Source: Acidobacteriota bacterium
GTDB taxonomy: Bacteria > Acidobacteriota > JAQAZP01
Assembly: GCA_032127265.1 (NCBI GenBank)
Contig: JAQAZP010000049.1
Location: forward strand, 1-61,824
DNA: 61,824 nt
Direction: 5' to 3'
Numbering within the stretch: position 1 is the first letter of the stretch; every line of letters begins with the position of its first letter. The notes under the pieces were generated by a model that worked only from the letters and a program-made list of their open reading frames with translations, was not told the DNA's origin and ran no database searches. Positions 1-8,182 of the stretch are shown piece after piece. The position numbers were made by a program, and so were the translations under genes.

Positions 1-340
1 TCACCAGTGGATCACCGGGGTAGATCCAGTGTGCATCAGTGATGTAGCGGTTGGCGTCCCAGATCTGGGGCCAGAGCAGAGGATCACTGTAGAACCTGGC
101 GGCCAGGTTCCAGAGGTTGTCACCGCGTAAAATAATGTAGACCTGTTGATCGGGATCGGCTGCAGCCGGCGCCGTATAGGGTGACCAATGTTGTTCCACG
201 ACTGAACCCAGAGCAGGTTCAGCGTCGCCCATCTCCTGGGCCGCTGCAGGGAGTCCCGCCACCAGCAGGAGGGCGGCTACAGTGAGCCCGGCCCTGAGAC
301 AGTGGGAAACAATACCGTGTACACGGATACACATGCCCAT
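1..340 (-). CDS. LysM peptidoglycan-binding domain protein (3' end runs off the window)
   Basis: Not in the ORF track. Manual translation gives MGMCIRVHG...AALLLVAGLPAAAQE (signal peptide) then QVYIILRGDNLWNLAARFYSDPLLWPQIWDANRYITDAHWIYPGDPLV, a classic LysM motif. GGAGG RBS upstream of ATG 340. Confidence 0.85.
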   Translation of the reverse strand, partial: MGMCIRVHGIVSHCLRAGLTVAALLLVAGLPAAAQEMGDAEPALGSVVEQHWSPYTAPAAADPDQQVYIILRGDNLWNLAARFYSDPLLWPQIWDANRYITDAHWIYPGDPLV

Positions 341-389
341 GAGATCCGCCTCCATTCTGGTTGTCATAGGAAACATCTGTTATGTTAAC

Positions 390-419
390 AATTTAGCAAA
401 TCTGCCGCAGCAGTGTCAA
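390..419 (-). promoter_or_regulatory. Putative sigma70 promoter for the LysM gene
   Basis: Minus strand TTGACA-18 nt-TAAATT with a TGn extension. Confidence 0.45.
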
Positions 420-1279
420 CCATTCTGAATTACGTCCATATCGTTAATATCGGCCAAACGGCTCTCGGCTTTAGCAACAAATCGGCATTCTGGATATTTT
501 TCCAGCAGCTGCTGAAAGTAGATCCGTGCCTCCTCGATCTTGTTGCCACGCCGGAGCGACTCGGCAAGATAGTAATACACGGCGGGCATGTCGTGAAAAT
601 CCTCGTACTGCCGGTCACGGAGAATCCGTTTGAACCGCTCGGCCGCGGCATTGAACCCCCTGCTGCGGTAGTAGAAATACCCTACCGAGTATTCGTGCCC
701 GGCGATATTGGCGTTGCAGACCTTGATCTGTTCCTGCGCCCTCTCCGCATATTCGGTGTCCCCACAGAGATTGATCACCCGCATGAACTCGGCCAGGGCC
801 TTGCGGGTGGCCTTCTGGTCCCGGTCAGGCTTATCCATCAGTTCGAAATAGCTGTTGGCGATCTGGTATCTGCCGTAACAGACCAGGTCGTTCTGCGGGT
901 AATAGCTGACAAACGACTCGTAGAGGGCGATGGCTTCGTAGTATTCGGAACGGCGGTCCACCAGGAAATAGCTGTCGGCTATTTTGAGCTTGGCCCGGTA
1001 GAAGAGCTCGCTCTCGGGGTAGATGGCCGTCAGTTCGGTGAAGTAGTCCCGCGCCTTCTCATAGCGTTTCTTGCCCATCGCCTCCTCGCCCAGTTCGTAG
1101 AGGCGCTGGTCGGTGAGAATTCTGCCCTGGGATTTTTTCCCGGCGCAGGAGAATCCGGTGAGGGCCGCCGCCAGGATGATCAACAGTGCCGCGGCCCGGG
1201 TTGCCTGGCGGAAGAGCTGCGCCGTCCCGCCGCCGGCATTCCATTGGTTTCGGTTCATAATTCGCTCCATTGTCGTCAT
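416..1279 (-). CDS. bamD: Outer membrane protein assembly factor BamD (lipoprotein, TPR)
   Basis: Lipobox-like GFSC, TPR helices, and the DRDQ..TRKA and YSVGYFYY..AAAERF motifs typical of BamD/YfiO. ATGA overlap with the rpe stop. Confidence 0.88.
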   Translation of the reverse strand: MTTMERIMNRNQWNAGGGTAQLFRQATRAAALLIILAAALTGFSCAGKKSQGRILTDQRLYELGEEAMGKKRYEKARDYFTELTAIYPESELFYRAKLKIADSYFLVDRRSEYYEAIALYESFVSYYPQNDLVCYGRYQIANSYFELMDKPDRDQKATRKALAEFMRVINLCGDTEYAERAQEQIKVCNANIAGHEYSVGYFYYRSRGFNAAAERFKRILRDRQYEDFHDMPAVYYYLAESLRRGNKIEEARIYFQQLLEKYPECRFVAKAESRLADINDMDVIQNG

Positions 1280-1965
1280 TCGTCTGTCTCAGGGACCGGG
1301 GAGGCCTCCAGGGCCAGGGCCAGGAGTTCACGGACATTGGCTGCGGGGTCCGGCCCGCCAAACACGGCACTGCCGGCCACCAGCCAGTTGGCGCCGCGCC
1401 GCACCAGCTCGGCGATATTATCCTTGCACACGCCGCCGTCCACCTCGATCTGCACCCGGTCCACAGCCCCCCGGGCATCCAGCAGGTCACGCAACCGGGA
1501 AATCTTGTCCAGCGCGGCGGGGATGAACGATTGACCGCCAAACCCGGGATTGACGCTCATCAGTACCACGAAATCGATATCGTCCAGAACCTCTTCCAGA
1601 ACGTTGAGCGGGGTGGCCGGGTTGAGTGCCACGCCGGCGCCGGCGCCCAGTGATCGAATGAGGGCCAACGTTCGCTGGAGATGCGGCAGGGTTTCCGCGT
1701 GCACCGCGATGTAGTCGGCTCCGGCCTTGACGAAATCAGGGATGAACCGGTCCGGGTTCTCGATCATCAGGTGGACATCGAAGGGGCGCTCGGTCCAGCT
1801 CTTGATCCACTTGACGATCACCGGCCCAAGGGTCAGGTTGGGAACGAAGTGCCCGTCCATCACGTCAACGTGGATCAGCTTGGCGCCGGCCTGGTCCACC
1901 AGGCGCACCTGCTCCCCCAGGCGCGAGAAATCCGCGGAAAGAATCGATGGTGCCAGTTTGATCAT
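1276..1965 (-). CDS. rpe: Ribulose-phosphate 3-epimerase
   Basis: LAPSILSADF, HVDVMDGHFVPN, DVHLM, MSVNPGFGGQ and VDGG motifs. Confidence 0.97.
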   Translation of the reverse strand: MIKLAPSILSADFSRLGEQVRLVDQAGAKLIHVDVMDGHFVPNLTLGPVIVKWIKSWTERPFDVHLMIENPDRFIPDFVKAGADYIAVHAETLPHLQRTLALIRSLGAGAGVALNPATPLNVLEEVLDDIDFVVLMSVNPGFGGQSFIPAALDKISRLRDLLDARGAVDRVQIEVDGGVCKDNIAELVRRGANWLVAGSAVFGGPDPAANVRELLALALEASPVPETDE

Positions 1966-2044
1966 GCTCTTCCATCTGTGATGTCTGGCGGGGTTCCCCG
2001 GGGAACCGCGCCAGCGGCCGGTGAACCGGCCGGTTGAACGTAAA

Positions 2045-2797
2045 CTACCTGGTGACGGTCAGTTCGATGATTCTCTTTCTGGTTACCGGGTGCCCCGCCG
2101 GCGGCGTCTGGTCAACGATCAGTCCCCGCTCAATGCCGTCATACCCGGCGTATTTGACAAAGCCCAGCCGGAATCCGGCGGCTTCCAGACGACGCTTCAC
2201 ATCATCCATGTCGAGGCCGATGAGATCCGGCATCACCCAGGTCAATTCCCGGGTGCCCCGGCTCACCAGCAGGTTCACCCGCCGGCCGTGGTATTCTTCC
2301 AGCCCCGCGGCCGGCTCCTGGGCCACGATCCTGTTTTCCGGCACGCCCTCCGACCAGGTGTAGGCCACGCCACCCATGTTGAACCCGCTCTGGTTGATCA
2401 TGATCCGGGTGTGCTGGACCGTGTTTTCCTGCAGGTCGGGCATGATGATCCGCTGCGGTCCCAGGCTGAGAATCACCTTTACCTTGCGGGTCATTTTCAG
2501 CCAGCTGCCGGCCTCGGGTATCTGCTTTAACACCCTGCCGGCAGGGATCTGTTCACTGTATTGTGACTTGACCTCCAGGATGTGGAGATTCAGCCCCTCC
2601 TGCTGCACCAGGGCCAACGCCTCCCGGGTCTCCAGCCCAACCAGGTCCGGTGTCAGCACCTCGCGGCCGCGGATCACCAGGATCACCGTGAGCCAGGCGC
2701 TGAGCATGGTGATGACCACCAGCCCTCCGGCAACAATCAGACCGCGGAAGAGCCGGGCAAGCCCGTTCCACCACCTTCCGAAAGACCTGGACGGCAT
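2045..2797 (-). CDS. Membrane-anchored PASTA-domain protein (three PASTA repeats, no kinase domain)
   Basis: N-terminal TM helix, then three repeats starting TPDLVG / MPDLQE / MPDLIG with Q-x-P-x-A-G motifs. Confidence 0.88.
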   Translation of the reverse strand: MPSRSFGRWWNGLARLFRGLIVAGGLVVITMLSAWLTVILVIRGREVLTPDLVGLETREALALVQQEGLNLHILEVKSQYSEQIPAGRVLKQIPEAGSWLKMTRKVKVILSLGPQRIIMPDLQENTVQHTRIMINQSGFNMGGVAYTWSEGVPENRIVAQEPAAGLEEYHGRRVNLLVSRGTRELTWVMPDLIGLDMDDVKRRLEAAGFRLGFVKYAGYDGIERGLIVDQTPPAGHPVTRKRIIELTVTR

Positions 2798-2895
2798 GGC
2801 CGTATTCCTCCGTCAAAATGGCTGACACCGGGTAAAAATCACCACCGTTTGAATGATAACATTTTTCTGACCGGTTTACCCAACGGGCAGCCCGC

Positions 2896-4278
2896 TCAGC
2901 CGCGGCGAACCATTCGGGCGGCAAAAAACCCGTCGCACCCGTCTCGATGGGGCAGGCTGCGCAGCGTACCGTCGGGCAGGGAAAGACCGCCGAGTTCCGG
3001 TGGCAGCCAGGGCGCCGCGTGGTCCAGCTGGAAGCCACTGCCGGCCAGGAACTGTTCCACCACAATGGGCCCCTCTTCAGCTTCCAGCGAGCAGACCGAG
3101 TAGACCAGGGTGCCGCCGTCGGCCACCAGCCGGGCACTGCCCCGGAGAATCTCCAACTGGGCCCGGGCCAGTTTTGCCGGGGCCCCGGGATCGAGACGCC
3201 AGCGGATTTCGGGGTGCCGCCGGAGCGTCCCGGTGCCCGAGCAGGGGGCATCCACCAGAACGGTGCGAAACCGCCGGACCCGGACCGGGGGCGCCGACAG
3301 GTCGCAGACCAGCGGCAGCACCCACGGGCAGCCCATGCGGCGCGCATTCTCCTCCACCAGGGCCAGGCGGCCGAGGTGGATATCCGCGGCCACCACCCGT
3401 CCCCCGGATCCGGTCAGCTCGGCCAGACGGATGGTCTTGGCTCCGGGCGCGGCACAGCCGTCCAGGGCCCACTCCCCGGGCTGCAGGCCGGTGAGCAGGG
3501 GGATCACCTGGGAGGCCGGGTCCTGGACCAGCACCCGGCCTTCAACGAACGCCCGGGTGCCGGGCAGCGTTCCCGCGGTCACCTGCCAGGCCCCGGGGAA
3601 CAGCGGGTGCGGGATGGTTTCCACACCATCCCGGGAGAGCTGCTGCAGGACCTGGTCTTCCCCGGCCCACGAGCGGCCCGCCATCCGGGGCATCCGAAAT
3701 GTAACCGGCGGTCGTGCCGCCGATGCCTCGGCCAGTTGCTCCGCATCCGCAGCGCCAAAGCGCTCCACCCATCGCTGGGCCAGCCAGAGGGGCAGAGAGA
3801 ATCGGTGGGAGATGAAGCGCCCGGGCTTTGACGGGTTGCGGCGGGGGTCCGGGTAGTGCTCGCGCTCCCGAGCCGCGGCCCGCAATACGCCGTTGGCGTA
3901 GGAAACGGCCGCCCGCCCGCAGCTGCGGCCCGCCGCTTCCACCGTTTCGTTGACCACCGCCCAGTCGGGGATCCGGTCGAGAATAACCAGCTGGTAGAGT
4001 CCGAGGCGCAGGTGCTGCAGCAGTTCTGGCTGCAGTGACGCCGGGGCGCGCCGGCTGTAGCGGTTGAGAAGGAAATCAAGGCGGCCCCGCCAGCGCAGGG
4101 TTCCGCCCACCAGTTCCCGGAGCAGGGCGCGGTCGGATTGCTCGGAGAACCGCTCTCCGGCACTGCGCACCAGGAGATTGGAGAAACCGCCCTGCTCCAC
4201 CCGCTGGAGGATATCGGCCGCGCAGGCCCGGACGCTGTCAGGCTGCCCGTCCTTGCGCCGCGGCCCTTTCGCGCTCAC
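2896..4278 (-). CDS. rsmB: 16S rRNA m5C967 methyltransferase RsmB/Sun
   Basis: NusB-like N-terminal domain; QDPASQ, DGCAAPGAKT, VDAPCSGTG and YSVCS motifs. Directly downstream of fmt with a GTGA overlap. Confidence 0.95.
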   Translation of the reverse strand: MSAKGPRRKDGQPDSVRACAADILQRVEQGGFSNLLVRSAGERFSEQSDRALLRELVGGTLRWRGRLDFLLNRYSRRAPASLQPELLQHLRLGLYQLVILDRIPDWAVVNETVEAAGRSCGRAAVSYANGVLRAAAREREHYPDPRRNPSKPGRFISHRFSLPLWLAQRWVERFGAADAEQLAEASAARPPVTFRMPRMAGRSWAGEDQVLQQLSRDGVETIPHPLFPGAWQVTAGTLPGTRAFVEGRVLVQDPASQVIPLLTGLQPGEWALDGCAAPGAKTIRLAELTGSGGRVVAADIHLGRLALVEENARRMGCPWVLPLVCDLSAPPVRVRRFRTVLVDAPCSGTGTLRRHPEIRWRLDPGAPAKLARAQLEILRGSARLVADGGTLVYSVCSLEAEEGPIVVEQFLAGSGFQLDHAAPWLPPELGGLSLPDGTLRSLPHRDGCDGFFAARMVRRG

Positions 4279-5261
4279 GGGCCGGCCGCCCGGGGGCCGC
4301 CGGAAAGCAGCTGGCCTTCGCCCACCGAGCGGCCGTTGAGACAGCTGCAGCCGTCCATGGCCGAGCGGTTGGCCGGCTGGGCAGTGAGCACCTGGAGCAC
4401 CGAACCGCCCCCGCAGGCGACCAGGAACGCCTGCCGGTGCCGGCCCAGCACCTGCCCCGGCGCAGTTCCGGCCTGGTTTGCCCGGGCCAGGGCTTCCGGC
4501 TGGTCCAGCGGCCGGGCGGACAGCACCCTCAGTCTCGCATCGCCGCAGAAGGTATAGGTTCCGGGCCAGGGGTTCAGCGCCCGCACCTGCCGGTCCACCT
4601 CCAGGGCGCTGCGCTCCCAGCGGATCAGCCCATCCTCCTTGCGCAGCAGGGGGGCCAGGGTGGCCAACTGGTCATCCTGCGGCTGCGGCTCGATGGCCCC
4701 GCCCTTTAGACCGGAGAGCGTCTCGAGGAGCAGATCGGCGCCAAGGGCGGCCAGGGTTTCGGAGAGTAGCGGGGCCGTCATCCGGGGACCGAGCGGTATC
4801 CGCCTCTGGAGCAGGATGGCCCCGGTGTCCAGGCCCCTGTCAATCAGCATGGTGGTCACGCCGCTTTCCGGTTCGCCGTGGAGCAGGGCGTGCTGGATGG
4901 GGGCGGCGCCGCGATAGCGTGGCAGCAGGGACGCATGGACATTGATGCAGCCCAGCCGGGGAATGGCCAGAACTTCAGGCGGCAGGATCAGGCCGTAGGC
5001 CACCACCACCACCGCATCGGGCTCGAGCGCGGCCAGACAGTCCCGGGCCTCTTCGTTGCGGCGCAGCCGGAGCGGCTGGTGAACCGTCAGGCCGGCCTCC
5101 ACCGCCAGGCGCTTCACCGGCCCGAAGGAGATCTTCCGCCGACGGCCCGCGGGCCGGTCCGGCTGACAGAATACCGCCTGGACCCGGTGATCCGATCCCA
5201 GCAGCGCCTGGAATGTGGAGACGGCGAAATCTGGGGTCCCCATGAAAACGATATTCACCAC
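4275..5261 (-). CDS. fmt: Methionyl-tRNA formyltransferase
   Basis: IVFMGTPDFA, INVHASLLPRYRGAAPIQ and LDTG motifs. Confidence 0.97.
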   Translation of the reverse strand: MVNIVFMGTPDFAVSTFQALLGSDHRVQAVFCQPDRPAGRRRKISFGPVKRLAVEAGLTVHQPLRLRRNEEARDCLAALEPDAVVVVAYGLILPPEVLAIPRLGCINVHASLLPRYRGAAPIQHALLHGEPESGVTTMLIDRGLDTGAILLQRRIPLGPRMTAPLLSETLAALGADLLLETLSGLKGGAIEPQPQDDQLATLAPLLRKEDGLIRWERSALEVDRQVRALNPWPGTYTFCGDARLRVLSARPLDQPEALARANQAGTAPGQVLGRHRQAFLVACGGGSVLQVLTAQPANRSAMDGCSCLNGRSVGEGQLLSGGPRAAGP

Positions 5262-5643
5262 GGATCTCCCTTCTGGCCCGCGCCATAACGGCGGCAGACA
5301 GGATGATGACGACTGTGACCCCTACCACAGCTGTTTCTACCCTGTCAAGAATTTGCGGGCCGGACCCGAACACTTCCGCACAACGATGGGCAGCCGGGCC
5401 GTGGATGCATCGAGGCGGCATTTGTCCCCCAAAGTGAACACTCTTTACGGTATACTGTGCGTGTGGGGTACGGTCCCCGACTTTTAAATTATTTTGTCTC
5501 CAGAAAAACCTGCAAGTGCAGCGTTTAGCAGACAGTGGATGGTGGCATCGGAATTGCAGAAGACGTATACTCGGAGTGTAACAGTTTCAAATATAACAGC
5601 GCACCAATGTAGTGGGCTGATCATCATCCGCGAGGAGGCCACA

Positions 5644-7578
5644 ATGAAATGCCACGATGCACAGGGCATTCCGGTGAACTCGGCCGGCCGCTCTCCCTGG
5701 CTGCGGACCGCCGTTATCGTAACGACCATCTTCATGCTGGCACTCAGTATGCCGGCCCTTGCCCAGGATCAGTGGGGAGCTCATTTTGTCCGCACGTCCC
5801 ACGTGGAGGGCCAGGTCACCATCCAGCGGGCCAGTGAAATCCGCAGTGAAGATGCCCTGATCAACATGCCGGTGATCCCCGGTGACCGCCTGTGGACCGG
5901 CCCCGACGGCCGGGCGGAACTCCAGCTGGCTGACGGTATGCTCCTGCGAATGGACTATTCCACCAAGCTGGACACCGAAGCGCTCGGTGTGCCGGGTGAT
6001 GCTGAGAACGACATCACCGTGCTTCGCCTCTGGTCGGGCTCGACCATTCTCAACGGGGGGTCCTTCGACTCCGCGGCCAAGTCGCTGCAGGTGGACACGC
6101 CGGCCGCCTCGGCCTTTATACTCGAGGACGGGCTCACCCGTATCGACATCGACACCGACGGATCCACCGTGGTGTCGGTCTACCGCGGCCTGACCGAAGT
6201 GGTGGCGCTGAACAGTTCGGTGCTGGTCCGGGCCGGCCAGCGCACCGTGGTGGGCACCGGATACCCGCCGGAAGAGCCATACACTTTCAACACCACCGAG
6301 CTTGACGATTTCGGCTACTGGAGCGACGAGCGCGACCAGGTCCACAGCGCCAACTACAGTGAATCCTATGTGGACGGTTCCATCGCCCCCTATACCTACG
6401 ATCTCACCAATTACGGCAACTGGTTCTACGTTTCCACCTACGACAGCTACTGCTGGCGCCCCTACGTGGGCTATGGCTGGTCCCCCTACTGCTACGGCTA
6501 CTGGAGCTGGTATCCCTGGGGCTACTACTGGAATTCCTGGGAGCCGTGGGGCTGGGCCTGCTACCACTACGGCCGCTGGAACTGGATTCCCGGCTACGGC
6601 TGGGGCTGGATCCCGGGCAATCAGTGGTCCGGAGGCTGGGTCAAATGGGGCGTGGGCAACGACTACGTGGGCTGGGCGCCCCTCGACTATGACAACCGCG
6701 CCGCCACGGTGACCTATGACCAGAGCGGAAACCAGGGCCTGGCCTTCCGGGAGAACCGTCCGCTAACCGTGAACACCCCGGAGGGGACCCTGCGCAACAT
6801 CGACGCCAACTCCTGGACCTTTGCCAAACCGGACGCTCTTTCCTCCGCCGGCCGCTCGGGCAACCAGATCGGTTACGACGACGTGGCCAGCCGCCGGCCG
6901 ATGAAGCTGCTCACCAGCCCGCTGGCCGTGTCCAAAAAGGACGCCGGGACCCCGGGGCAGGCCCTGAACAAGCTCTTCACATCCCCCGGATACAGCGGCG
7001 GAACTCCGGAAAAGACCAACGTACCGTCCAGCGCACTCACCACCACCGGACGCCGCTACGCGGTGACCGGCGGCGGAACTCCCTACACCAACTCGTATCA
7101 GTCGCCACACAACGGCGGAGCGGCCGGTGTGGTGACCCGCCCGTCCGCCACCAGTTCAGGCTACTCGGGGAGCGACCCCGCTCCGCGGACCAGGACCCGC
7201 TACGGCAGCACCTCGGTGCCGCCCCGGGCCACCAGGCAGAAGTCCTACTCGAAACAGATCTACAACGGGGTGAACCGTCCCAGTGGAAGTTCATCGAGCC
7301 CGGGCACCAGCAGGAGCACATCCTCGATTCCACCCCGGGCCACCGGGCCCCAGTCCCGACCGGCTTCGCCGCCATCGGGAACCCGGCCGCCGAGCACCAG
7401 GAGCGCGCCTCCGCCCCAGCGGTCCCCGGCCCGGCCTCCGCAAGGAAGCACCAGCCGGCCGCCGGCACCAAGGAAATCTTCCGGGTCCGTGAGCCGTCCG
7501 CCGGCACCGAGCGGCGGCGGCAAAGCACCCTCACGGCCCCCGGCTCCCTCCCGGCCCTCACGGGGCAAGAAGGGTTAG
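5644..7578 (+). CDS. Secreted FecR-like / W-Y-rich repeat (DUF6600-like) protein with a Pro/Ser/Arg-rich disordered tail
   Basis: GAGGAGG RBS before ATG 5644, signal peptide ending ALA-Q, FecR-like beta region (GDRLWTGPDGRAEL), aromatic repeats (WSPYCYGYW, WGWACYHYGRW, WVKW..VGWAPL), low-complexity C-terminus. Confidence 0.75.
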   Translation: MKCHDAQGIPVNSAGRSPWLRTAVIVTTIFMLALSMPALAQDQWGAHFVRTSHVEGQVTIQRASEIRSEDALINMPVIPGDRLWTGPDGRAELQLADGMLLRMDYSTKLDTEALGVPGDAENDITVLRLWSGSTILNGGSFDSAAKSLQVDTPAASAFILEDGLTRIDIDTDGSTVVSVYRGLTEVVALNSSVLVRAGQRTVVGTGYPPEEPYTFNTTELDDFGYWSDERDQVHSANYSESYVDGSIAPYTYDLTNYGNWFYVSTYDSYCWRPYVGYGWSPYCYGYWSWYPWGYYWNSWEPWGWACYHYGRWNWIPGYGWGWIPGNQWSGGWVKWGVGNDYVGWAPLDYDNRAATVTYDQSGNQGLAFRENRPLTVNTPEGTLRNIDANSWTFAKPDALSSAGRSGNQIGYDDVASRRPMKLLTSPLAVSKKDAGTPGQALNKLFTSPGYSGGTPEKTNVPSSALTTTGRRYAVTGGGTPYTNSYQSPHNGGAAGVVTRPSATSSGYSGSDPAPRTRTRYGSTSVPPRATRQKSYSKQIYNGVNRPSGSSSSPGTSRSTSSIPPRATGPQSRPASPPSGTRPPSTRSAPPPQRSPARPPQGSTSRPPAPRKSSGSVSRPPAPSGGGKAPSRPPAPSRPSRGKKG

Positions 7579-7608
7579 GCTGAGCCGGACAACGAATCGA
7601 CCACCACA

Positions 7609-7642
7609 CCCCGGGGCCAAGTCAACCGGCCCCGGGGTTTTT
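7609..7642 (+). terminator. Rho-independent terminator
   Basis: CCCCGGGGCC/GGCCCCGGGG 10-bp stem followed by TTTTT, about 30 nt after the stop at 7578. Confidence 0.85.
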
Positions 7643-7681
7643 CATGCCTGAACCCTGATCGCCTTATCTTCAGCTCATCAA

Positions 7682-7939
7682 GTGACATCATCGCGGGTGT
7701 GATCATCCAGCTTCGCTCCCGGTCTTCAAGTGCACGCCGTTGTAAGTTCGAAAACCTACGGGGCCCTCCGTGTTCCGGACCAGGCGGCCATGAACCGGCG
7801 TGATGATGGTTACCATCAAGACCATTTCCTGGACCAGACAGTCCTCACCCGGCCACGGATACCCGTCCGGTTTTCTTCACACAACGGCGGCACTCTCCGA
7901 CAGGTCGCTGATCCGGATAATCACACCCGCGACATTCAC
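7682..7939 (-). ncRNA. Candidate long rod-like structured RNA or fold-back element
   Basis: Nested complementary segments symmetric around an apical TGATGG-TTA-CCATCA hairpin centred at 7811. Several plus-strand A-C mismatches become G-U pairs on the minus strand. Confidence 0.4.
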
Positions 7940-8092
7940 GACTGGTTTCGGGACGGTTACCCGGCTCAGAAGGGTGACGGCCACCGGTCTTTGTAAGCAC
8001 CTGAAATTCAATTACGTGGAAGACAGGCAACTGTCACCGGTTTCTCTTTTATCTGTCAGTCACATCAAGGTTCCGGGATTTCCCTGGGCCAT

Positions 8093-8128
8093 AAAAAAGC
8101 CCCGCGAACAGGATGTCCGCGGGGCTTT
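8093..8128 (-). terminator. Rho-independent terminator of the 8183-10300 gene
   Basis: AAAGCCCCGCG/CGCGGGGCTTT stem with an A6 tract on plus (U-tract on minus). Confidence 0.85.
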
Positions 8129-8182
8129 CGGTAGGTCAAAAGGCCGCGGGCGGCCGGGCCGCCCGCGGGTTGGGGTCTGCAG

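Noticed and set aside
5262-5643. Missing or decayed def gene before fmt
   Set aside because: No deformylase motifs are recognisable here; def is probably elsewhere, a common rearrangement.
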